In this document: positions 19,550 to 27,071 of the stretch, one piece after another
How positions within the stretch are numbered: position 1 is the stretch's first letter
Layout: each line of letters starts with the position of its first letter
DNA from: an uncultured candidate division Zixibacteria bacterium
GTDB lineage: Bacteria > Zixibacteria > MSB-5A5 > GN15 > FEB-12
NCBI GenBank assembly: GCA_963806185.1
Contig: CAWDXE010000007.1
Span: 960,001-1,024,000 of the forward strand
Reading direction: 5' to 3'
DNA: 64,000 nucleotides
Program-made: the position numbers and the translations under genes
The notes under the pieces: model-generated
Database searches by the model: none
The model's input: the letters and a program-made list of their open reading frames with translations, nothing else
Told to the model about the DNA's origin: nothing

Positions 19550-20448
19550 GACTTGTCTTCGCGGCCGACGATCTGGTCAAGACTCGGCCATTCGATCACC
19601 ACTTCACCGGGCGGGAGGTCCTCTTCCTTCAAGTTGCCGTCGGCGTCGAGCTTTCCCTTCCGCTCTGAACCATCAGCCAGATGCAGGACATAATCCTCGT
19701 TGGCGACGGGGTTGCCGCTTTCATCAAGCACCTGCAGTTGGAGCCAGTCCTTAAACCGCAGGAGCCCGCTCGCCTGATCGACGCCATATTCGGTGCCGTC
19801 GACGCGGACGGTGAAGAAATACTCCGGATGGGCATAACTGCCGCCGTGCTCGGCCAGCTCATCGTTGGTGGGGATTTCGTCGACGTCCTCGTAATACTCG
19901 TACTCCCATTTCAGGTCGAACTTGCCGTCGTTGACCTGAACCGGCAGCTCCACTATCGGGTCGTGACACCCGTCGGCGTCGAATTCGTACACCACAAGTG
20001 TGACTTCCCAGCCGCTCGGCACACCTTTAACTTTACCCGAGAGTCCTACGATATCACCGCGTGTGGCCCGGTCCGCGCTCCATTTGAGTTCGCTGACTAC
20101 GACAGGCGGGCGGGCGGGAATGTGGTCGGATTCTCCCTTCACGCCGTTTTTGGACAGCTCAACTTCAAAATATACGGAGTCGCCGGATTCGATATCATCA
20201 GGAATGGGAATGGCACCCAGGAATCGGTTGCCCCGAACCTCACCCTCGATCTTACCCAGTTTCTTCCCCTTGTCGCTTTTGCCGGTCAATTTTATGGGGG
20301 CACCGTGTCCGACAAAGGCAGTCAGCACTTCACAGCGAGCGTCCTGGCCGCCGAAGGCAACCGAAGAGAGCCAATGGGCGGAGACAAGCGACGGATCGAG
20401 CTTGATCTTTTCTTTTTTGTCGGTGCTGACGGTGTGGGTTTCCGACAT
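19546..20448 (-). CDS. Ig-like/transthyretin-like adaptor protein, paralogous to the PAAR C-terminal extension
   Basis: WSADRATRGD...SYAHPEYFFTVRV...LDESGNPVANEDYVLHLADGSERKGKLDADG aligns by eye with the PAAR C-terminus. Confidence 0.65.
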   Translation of the reverse strand: MSETHTVSTDKKEKIKLDPSLVSAHWLSSVAFGGQDARCEVLTAFVGHGAPIKLTGKSDKGKKLGKIEGEVRGNRFLGAIPIPDDIESGDSVYFEVELSKNGVKGESDHIPARPPVVVSELKWSADRATRGDIVGLSGKVKGVPSGWEVTLVVYEFDADGCHDPIVELPVQVNDGKFDLKWEYEYYEDVDEIPTNDELAEHGGSYAHPEYFFTVRVDGTEYGVDQASGLLRFKDWLQLQVLDESGNPVANEDYVLHLADGSERKGKLDADGNLKEEDLPPGEVVIEWPSLDQIVGREDKS

Positions 20449-20459
20449 GACTGCCGCAA

Positions 20460-20891
20460 CTAATCTATGGGTGTAAAACTCTCTAAGATTTTCTCTACCT
20501 GACGACCGATGGTCTTGGCCGTTTTCTTGGAGAAATTGGCCGTGATGGTATAGGCGATACCGCCCGTAATAATGAAGATCAGTTTGCGGATTTCCGCCTG
20601 TTGGGGAGCCGGCGTGGTGGCATAGGCGAATTCATAGGCGGTAAGGCCATTTCCCAATTCCCGTTCTTCGGATTTCAGTGTCCTGGCATCGGGACGGGAC
20701 GCGAGCGTCTGGTCAATGTGCGAACGCGCGTATTCGCGAAGGGACTGCTTTCCGGCCTCGCGATCGAGTGTAATGACGAGGGTATGGTACACGCCTGACT
20801 CCTGGGGACCGCTGAAGGTGTACACGGTCTGCTCGTGCCAGTCGGATGGGAGTTTGAGATCGAAGCCGGGGTGTCGTCCTGATTTCGCCAT
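20460..20891 (-). CDS. DUF1795/DcrB (PsbP-like, Eag-type) chaperone-family protein
   Basis: FDLKLPSDWHEQTVYTF...SLREYARSHI...AYTITA...ILESF pattern; located in the effector operon. Confidence 0.75.
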   Translation of the reverse strand: MAKSGRHPGFDLKLPSDWHEQTVYTFSGPQESGVYHTLVITLDREAGKQSLREYARSHIDQTLASRPDARTLKSEERELGNGLTAYEFAYATTPAPQQAEIRKLIFIITGGIAYTITANFSKKTAKTIGRQVEKILESFTPID

Positions 20892-20893
20892 GA

Positions 20894-21673
20894 CTATTCG
20901 CCTGTTGAAGTCCAATCGCCAAGTTCGCGCACCAACTGGCCGTTTCTCCAGATAAGATAATACGTCCTGTTCCGAAGGGAAGTGCCGGTGCTGTCGATTT
21001 CGCCCTCGACGCCCTCGACCACGGTCTTCCCGTCGCCGAGATGGGACGAGGGTTCCGTGGCAATAGCAGAATCAAGAATGGGTACGAGCATCTCGTGGAC
21101 ATGGGTTTGATCGGTGCCAAATGACCAGGTCGCTGTGCCGACGCCCGGCGTGTTGATCGAGGTAGAGTCGAAGATCACGAAGCGCCAGGTAAGGAGACCA
21201 TCCTCGGCACAGCGCTGAGCCAATACCACGGGACTGGCAACCGAATCGCTCAAACGGGCCATAACAACTGATTGGCAACTGATTTCCTCCCATACGTCGC
21301 TCGTGTCGCCGGCTGATCTGAGCAGTTGATGACCGACAATCTCGGACGGAGGAATAGCATTGAAGTAGAGGATTTTGGTTTCCCAATCGGGCCCGTAAGG
21401 AGTGTATGGGTGCACTCTTTGATCGAGGGGCACGGAGACAATCAGCAGCGGCGTTTGAGCGCCACCGAACGAGATTGCCGTGTCCAACTCCACGAAAGAG
21501 TCCTTTCGCTGGGTCTGGGTTACCCAGTTGCGGGCGTCATCGCGTGTGGGTTGGTGGCTCGTTTGGGCAACTTCACGAGCGCAGCCAATCATCGTCAGAA
21601 GGGCCGCTGCGGCAAGGCAGGTCAAGAGCGATATTCTCGGGAAAGTACTCGACAGATTCATCGTGGGTTCCAT
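20894..21673 (-). CDS. Putative lipoprotein immunity protein
   Basis: Hydrophobic signal ending in a MIGC lipobox; starts 1 nt after the stop of the 777-aa ORF. Confidence 0.6.
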   Translation of the reverse strand: MEPTMNLSSTFPRISLLTCLAAAALLTMIGCAREVAQTSHQPTRDDARNWVTQTQRKDSFVELDTAISFGGAQTPLLIVSVPLDQRVHPYTPYGPDWETKILYFNAIPPSEIVGHQLLRSAGDTSDVWEEISCQSVVMARLSDSVASPVVLAQRCAEDGLLTWRFVIFDSTSINTPGVGTATWSFGTDQTHVHEMLVPILDSAIATEPSSHLGDGKTVVEGVEGEIDSTGTSLRNRTYYLIWRNGQLVRELGDWTSTGE

Positions 21674-21674
21674 T

Positions 21675-24008
21675 CTATGCGGTCAAATAGCAATACAGCC
21701 ACTGTTTCGCAATCGGTGGTTGGGGTTTTGGATCGCCGTCCATTATTTCAACCCTGGTCAGAAGTTTCTGGCTCACCAGTTTGTCTGCGATCGCCTTCAC
21801 TTGCTGCAACGCCTTGTTTTGTTCCTGCTCCAGAGCCGACAATGCCTGTGCCTTCGCCGAATCTCCTTTGGCGGCCGACTTCTCATACTGCTCCGCCAGT
21901 TTTCCGTAATTGAGCGGCAGGACCTCCAGCGCCAAACCGTCGCCGCCGGCCACTATTGCTCGCGGCACCACTGAATTCTTGATCCGATAGCGCAGGAGTT
22001 GGACATACTTGAGTAGATTTACGCTACAACGCATGGGAGACGCCAGTTTTTTTATATCGGCGTAGGTGAAATGGGCCGATAGCTGAGGATTCGAGTTGGG
22101 ATTGCTGGCGCCGGTGAGGTACTTGCGATCGGGCGTAAAGGCGAGTTCGTCGGCCATGGCGCCCGGCGTGCCTCCGGCAAGGGCGGCCAGTTCGTCATAG
22201 ATCAGGTCGACCTGGCGTTTCAGTTCGGGGTTGTAACCGGGGGTTGATTCGTCCGCGTCCTTTCTCCCCTGCCACTCCCACGGCAGGTACTTGCCGCTCA
22301 CTTGACACATAGTGCGAATGAGATTACCAGCGTGCAGCCTTTTCGAATAAAGAGCGGCATTGGCGGCCGAATATTGGGGCAGGGCAAATTGTTTGAGGAA
22401 TTCCCGGCGGCCAGCCTCGGTAAAGCGAGGTTGCCTGAGGAGGAGGCCAATAAAATCGGCGGTCCCGAAGGCTGAGAAGACTCGCAGCCACGGGTTGCGC
22501 GTGGTGTGACCGGCGGTGGCGTGTGCCCAGACGGTCGCCTGATTAATACCGTTAGCCAGAAGTCCGCGCATCAATATCCACCCCAGTGATTCGGCGCCGA
22601 TTTCTTCACCGGGATCCGGCTTGCCGTACGTTTTTTCCGAGAAGCGATCGACGCCTCCAGTGATCGAACGGCCGCAGTTGCAGGCGTAGAGCGGGATGAC
22701 CAAATCCGAGGTTACATCGTTCTTGATCATACTTACGAAGTCATCGGCAGAGGTGACGGTGAGACAGCCGGGGTCACTCCAATTATCCATCTTCAGTTCT
22801 GTCTTCTGCCGGATACCGTGAGAGTAGATGGCGAGCATGGATACTTTTACCGGATCGGGCAGCGCGGGGTCGGTGATGCCTTTGAGTTTAGACTTTAGTG
22901 TGGTGAGGCTTGAGCCGATTTTCTTGTAACTGTCGATTTGATAGAAGCCGAACCGGATCTTGCTCTTGTCTTCGTCGTAGAAGATCGTCGGCAGAGTGCT
23001 GATCATTTCCTCGGCCTGGTTCTGAAATTCCTTATTATTCAGCCCCTTCTTGATTCCAGCCTCGGCTGCGGCGATCTTGTTGTTGGCAAGGCCAATCTGC
23101 TTCTTGGCTTCTTTCAGTTTTTGGCCATTGTCTGTATCCAGATATTTTTTGTAATCAGGAGAAGTGAGGGGATCGAGGCCGGCCGGTGGCGTCGCGCCGG
23201 CTGGAACCGGGTCGTTTCCGTACGTCTTCTGCTTCCAGAGCGCGTCGGCGGCCGATTTGAAATCGGCCTTTGCCTTCTCCAGTTCTTTCTGGCCCTCAGC
23301 CTTCTTCTGCGCATTGTCTGCATTGGCTTCATCAGAAAACGCCGCGCGGTAATCGGCCACGAAGGCGACAGCGATTCCTTTGCGTTCATCCAACTGTCGA
23401 CGGATTGTTGCCTCAACATTGCGGACGACATAGGGCCGGGCGATTTTGGATTCACCGAAAGTGCGATCCAGAGACGTCGTTGTAAGGGTAGCAGCGAGTT
23501 CGAGAATACCTTCGTATTCCGGAAGGGGGATGACAAACTGGGAAGGGGATGATTCACCGGCACGGGTCAATTCAAAGGTGACCTTGCCGTAGAGCACGTT
23601 GACGTCGCTTTCGACCAGAGACGGCGACGAGGTGGGGCGGAATTGGTATCCGCCGGCAGTCCGCACAACCACGCCGGGAAAGGTTGCCAACCACTGATTC
23701 TTCCGTTCATTGAGGTCGGTCTCTTCATTGGTGAGAACGCGATTGATCGGGAAGAAATCCAATTCCCAGAGCTGGAGGTAGCAGTCGGCCGAGGTGGAGT
23801 CGGAGACGGTATCGGGCGTGTGAAAGGGAACGACGGGGATCTTGCCGGGCAGTTTGTGAGGTCCGGTCAGCGATACAGAATGCTTGTACGCCTCGACAGG
23901 ACCCGGCAGAGCATCACCAGTCTTGAGTGCGACGGTGAAAGCGGCTTCCAGTTTTGCCGGCTGCCTGGCGGCAGATTTCTTTTTCGCTTTCGCTGGTGGC
24001 GCGGCCAT
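21675..24008 (-). CDS. Putative T6SS effector, 777 aa (coiled coil; His-Gly...Ala-Cys caspase/C80-like core; degenerate M15-like C-terminus)
   Basis: No signal peptide; LAIYSHG...IPLYACNCG motifs; QLSAHFTYADI...LLKYVQLLR near the C-terminus; followed by a lipoprotein. Confidence 0.55.
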   Translation of the reverse strand: MAAPPAKAKKKSAARQPAKLEAAFTVALKTGDALPGPVEAYKHSVSLTGPHKLPGKIPVVPFHTPDTVSDSTSADCYLQLWELDFFPINRVLTNEETDLNERKNQWLATFPGVVVRTAGGYQFRPTSSPSLVESDVNVLYGKVTFELTRAGESSPSQFVIPLPEYEGILELAATLTTTSLDRTFGESKIARPYVVRNVEATIRRQLDERKGIAVAFVADYRAAFSDEANADNAQKKAEGQKELEKAKADFKSAADALWKQKTYGNDPVPAGATPPAGLDPLTSPDYKKYLDTDNGQKLKEAKKQIGLANNKIAAAEAGIKKGLNNKEFQNQAEEMISTLPTIFYDEDKSKIRFGFYQIDSYKKIGSSLTTLKSKLKGITDPALPDPVKVSMLAIYSHGIRQKTELKMDNWSDPGCLTVTSADDFVSMIKNDVTSDLVIPLYACNCGRSITGGVDRFSEKTYGKPDPGEEIGAESLGWILMRGLLANGINQATVWAHATAGHTTRNPWLRVFSAFGTADFIGLLLRQPRFTEAGRREFLKQFALPQYSAANAALYSKRLHAGNLIRTMCQVSGKYLPWEWQGRKDADESTPGYNPELKRQVDLIYDELAALAGGTPGAMADELAFTPDRKYLTGASNPNSNPQLSAHFTYADIKKLASPMRCSVNLLKYVQLLRYRIKNSVVPRAIVAGGDGLALEVLPLNYGKLAEQYEKSAAKGDSAKAQALSALEQEQNKALQQVKAIADKLVSQKLLTRVEIMDGDPKPQPPIAKQWLYCYLTA

Positions 24009-24030
24009 AATTGCGTATGCGACGGTCGCC

Positions 24031-24468
24031 TTACTCCGGTTGGCTATCGAATTCAGCTTCCTGATCGTCTGCAGTCAATTCATTTCCGGTGGGACCCTGA
24101 AAGGCATCCCGCTGATCCTCGAGCGCCGTAAACGGCACGCTGACCTCGACCGGCGTTGCCTCCGGTGGAATCGCCGGAACGATGTAACTGGCGTCACCGA
24201 CATGAAGCTGATAGTCGCCAAAGTCGGCGGGTGAGTGCTGAAACTTTCCCTGATCGTCAGTCTGGTCCTTGATTGACAGGCCGTGCCCTTCAAGCGTGAA
24301 GGCCCGTTGGGGCCACGGTTCGCCGCCGGCCTCACTCTGCAAAACGAAGGAAATTGCGCCAACACCATCGGGGAGAATCGTGAAGCTGTTCGTACGACCG
24401 GGAACAAGGCTGATCTTCTTCCCTTCGAAGGCGCTGCCATAGACATATCGGTGGTACGGGTCGCTCAT
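24031..24468 (-). CDS. Small transthyretin-like/carboxypeptidase-regulatory-like domain protein
   Basis: GEPWPQRAFTLEG...QTDDQG....GDYQL pattern; between PAAR and the effector. Confidence 0.55.
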   Translation of the reverse strand: MSDPYHRYVYGSAFEGKKISLVPGRTNSFTILPDGVGAISFVLQSEAGGEPWPQRAFTLEGHGLSIKDQTDDQGKFQHSPADFGDYQLHVGDASYIVPAIPPEATPVEVSVPFTALEDQRDAFQGPTGNELTADDQEAEFDSQPE

Positions 24469-24471
24469 GAA

Positions 24472-25620
24472 TCACTCCGGCGCGGATTCCGGTTCGGGAC
24501 GCGGAAAGTTGGGAAAACGCAGCCAGTGGATGGCGGCCGGTACCGGATCGAGGGTCGCTTTCCCGGACGAATCAAGTTTCCCGTCGCGCACTTCCCCGTT
24601 GGAGAGGAAAACCACGTAGGGTTCGTCTTTCAGGGCGTTGCCGTCTTCATCCTTGGCTTCGATTACTATCTTGTCAGTAAACGTAATCAGGGCCGAGCGC
24701 GCCTCAAGGGCTCCGATGCGGACCTTGAAGAAGTACTGCGGCAAGCTGTACGCCGAGCGGCCGTCGGAGAGGGTCGGAATCGAAGCGAAGGAAGGGTATT
24801 CGAACGCCCATTCTCTTTCGATGCCGTCGCTCTTGACGGTAACATCGGGAATGACGGTGACCATCTGATCCGGCTGTTTGATATCGCGCAGCCAGACTTC
24901 GAGCTGAGCAGGTGTGCCGTCCTCGACACCGACCGTGCTCACGGTCACCTTCACCTTGTCGCCGGCTTTGGCCTTGTCGGTCGACCACCGGGCTTGCGTG
25001 ATCGCCTTAAAAGCAACATCGTAATCACCTTCATCGGCCGCATTACGCTGGATGACGCCGGTGGACAGCTCACCGGACGACTTGCCGTCGGGATGAGTAA
25101 TTTCATGGACGACGCCCGTTATCGGGAAACCGCCCTTGTCGACTATTTGAACGTCGAGGAAGTGACCCTCAACGTCGTCTTCTTCGCTATCGCTGGAGTC
25201 TGACTCGCTTTCGGAACTTGCGTCGGTGTGACCACCTTCTTCGGCGGCGGCAGTTTCGCGATCGCCTTCTTTAGCACCGCCGCTTCCCCCTCCGCCGCCG
25301 GCTCCGCCCCCTCCCCCGCCGCTATCGCCAATCAACACGGTAGGGCATCCGCCGACGATTGAATCCGGTGGGCCGGCGCAAGTGGCCATGTCGCCCATTC
25401 TGGCAGCAGGCATTCCGCCGATAAGCACGGTTGCACTACCTTTCATAATGGGACCGCCGACGTGTGGTGGCGGCGGGACGCCGGGGTTGAGCATCGGACA
25501 GACGTGCATGTCACCCATGCGGGCGGCCGGCTGACCACCGATGAGAACCATCGGAAAGCCGACGACGATTGCTCCGCCGTGAGCGGTACTGTCACCAAGT
25601 CGAGCTGCTGGTTGGCCCAT
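24472..25620 (-). CDS. PAAR-repeat spike-tip protein with C-terminal extension
   Basis: Three PAAR motifs (PAARLGD, PAARMGD twice) with His/Cys ligands, a Gly/acidic linker, then transthyretin-like domains. Confidence 0.95.
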   Translation of the reverse strand: MGQPAARLGDSTAHGGAIVVGFPMVLIGGQPAARMGDMHVCPMLNPGVPPPPHVGGPIMKGSATVLIGGMPAARMGDMATCAGPPDSIVGGCPTVLIGDSGGGGGGAGGGGGSGGAKEGDRETAAAEEGGHTDASSESESDSSDSEEDDVEGHFLDVQIVDKGGFPITGVVHEITHPDGKSSGELSTGVIQRNAADEGDYDVAFKAITQARWSTDKAKAGDKVKVTVSTVGVEDGTPAQLEVWLRDIKQPDQMVTVIPDVTVKSDGIEREWAFEYPSFASIPTLSDGRSAYSLPQYFFKVRIGALEARSALITFTDKIVIEAKDEDGNALKDEPYVVFLSNGEVRDGKLDSSGKATLDPVPAAIHWLRFPNFPRPEPESAPE

Positions 25621-25660
25621 ATAATCGTGCGAATTCGAGCTATCGGATTTCTGTCATCAC

Positions 25661-25689
25661 AGTCTACCGGTTTTTCAAAAACCGGTCAA
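25661..25689 (-). promoter_or_regulatory. Sigma70 promoter of the PAAR operon with a perfect 21-bp palindromic operator candidate
   Basis: TTGACC-N17-TAGACT; ACCGGTTTTT-C-AAAAACCGGT (25666-25686) spans the spacer. Confidence 0.65.
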
Positions 25690-25726
25690 GTATTTGTAAC
25701 GCCTGATTATCTCCGTATGCGTGATA

Positions 25727-27046
25727 TCAAAAGCTGGCCTGAATGCCAATAGTAGGCACCCATTCCGCACGCATGCCGCCGCTATTGGTAGGCAGCAGAA
25801 CATCGGCCATAAACAGGACGCTCGACGAGGCGGCGTACTTCAGGCCGAACGAGGCGTTGTTAATGTTATCACTCTTGTAGTTCGGGATATTCGTCGGCGA
25901 CACTGTTCGCGAGACAACGGGGTTGCCGGTTGGAGAACTAATCGTCGAAATGGAGACCGCTCCCGGGAACTGGTAGGCCTTGATTTCTTCGCCAACTTCG
26001 AGATTGCCAAGCCACTCTGCCACGAGGGTGAATTTCTGACCCAGGCGGTAATCGTAGCCAAGGCCGATGTTGACTTGATCACGCTGGAACGCGCTGGAGT
26101 GAATATTATAGGTCAGATTCATGTGGGGAATGTATCCCTCCTCGGAACCCGAGACCAGCACACCGAACTTGTAACTGGCGTCGCCGGTGCCGAGGAAGTT
26201 CTTCTCGTCGCCGGTGGCCAGGCGGGCTTCGAACAAGCCGCTCACAACCGTCTTTTCAGATTTGGCCAGCATATACTTTGCGCGAAGGGCGATATCACCG
26301 ATGCCGGTAGCGGATTCATCGATGGCCGGCGGGGTCAGGGTCAGAATCGGATCACCCAGAGCTGTCGTATCATAGAAGTGGTTGGCATAACCGAACATCT
26401 CGAGCGTGTGGCTGTTGATACGAGAGGTAGGGTTGGCCTTCATGTTGATCGAGATGAACGGGACAGCCAAGCCGACGTCGAGCTTATCAGACACGCCGTA
26501 CGTGGCATACATGGCGGCGACATTGGCGGTGATATCCATCTTCATTTGCAGTTCAATGGTGTCGAATTCGTTGGGGTCGTCGCCCATGCCGTTGCCCAGT
26601 TCATCCTCGTGAAGGAAGGTGAATTTGATATCCTGCGTCTTGATACCGCGGATGCGTGTCAGCGGCATGTGAGTGAAATTCATGCCAACGTTCAGGACTT
26701 TCTTACCGAGGGTTTGCGCTCGTTCGGTGAAGATTGGTCCGGCACTGGTAGTGGCCGCGACCGGGACGCCGGAGGAGAAGTCGAAAGTCAGGCCGGCGCC
26801 GGTGGAACTGAGCGGGAACGAGGAGAGATTGCCGGAGATGTAGCTGGTGAGGGCGTCGCGAATCTGTTTGTTGACGGCTGAATTATCCGTCTTGAAGTGG
26901 TTGCCGTGCGAGCCGGGCGACAAATGAAGGTCGAGAACGGTCTTGAAAATGCCGTCCAATTGATCGCGTAGGTCGGCGGCGGCGGTGATGCCAGTCAAGG
27001 CAACACCGATGAACCCAACGTAAAGAAGTAAGCGCAGTTTTGTCAC
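25727..27046 (-). CDS. Outer-membrane beta-barrel protein (transporter/MetA-pathway-like)
   Basis: Signal peptide, ERAQTLGK, GIGDIALRAKY and alternating beta strands with terminal Phe (IGIQASF); GGAGG RBS before the GTG start. Confidence 0.7.
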   Translation of the reverse strand: MTKLRLLLYVGFIGVALTGITAAADLRDQLDGIFKTVLDLHLSPGSHGNHFKTDNSAVNKQIRDALTSYISGNLSSFPLSSTGAGLTFDFSSGVPVAATTSAGPIFTERAQTLGKKVLNVGMNFTHMPLTRIRGIKTQDIKFTFLHEDELGNGMGDDPNEFDTIELQMKMDITANVAAMYATYGVSDKLDVGLAVPFISINMKANPTSRINSHTLEMFGYANHFYDTTALGDPILTLTPPAIDESATGIGDIALRAKYMLAKSEKTVVSGLFEARLATGDEKNFLGTGDASYKFGVLVSGSEEGYIPHMNLTYNIHSSAFQRDQVNIGLGYDYRLGQKFTLVAEWLGNLEVGEEIKAYQFPGAVSISTISSPTGNPVVSRTVSPTNIPNYKSDNINNASFGLKYAASSSVLFMADVLLPTNSGGMRAEWVPTIGIQASF

Positions 27047-27071
27047 GATTAGACCTCCTATGTCCAGTTAG

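Larger units (their letters stand above)
2199..25620 (-). other. Type VI secretion system locus (T6SS-iii-like tail/baseplate, atypical membrane complex, PAAR/effector operon)
   Basis: Co-oriented genes with recognisable sheath, tube, spike, baseplate, ClpV and PAAR motifs; many overlapping stop/start codons. Confidence 0.92.
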
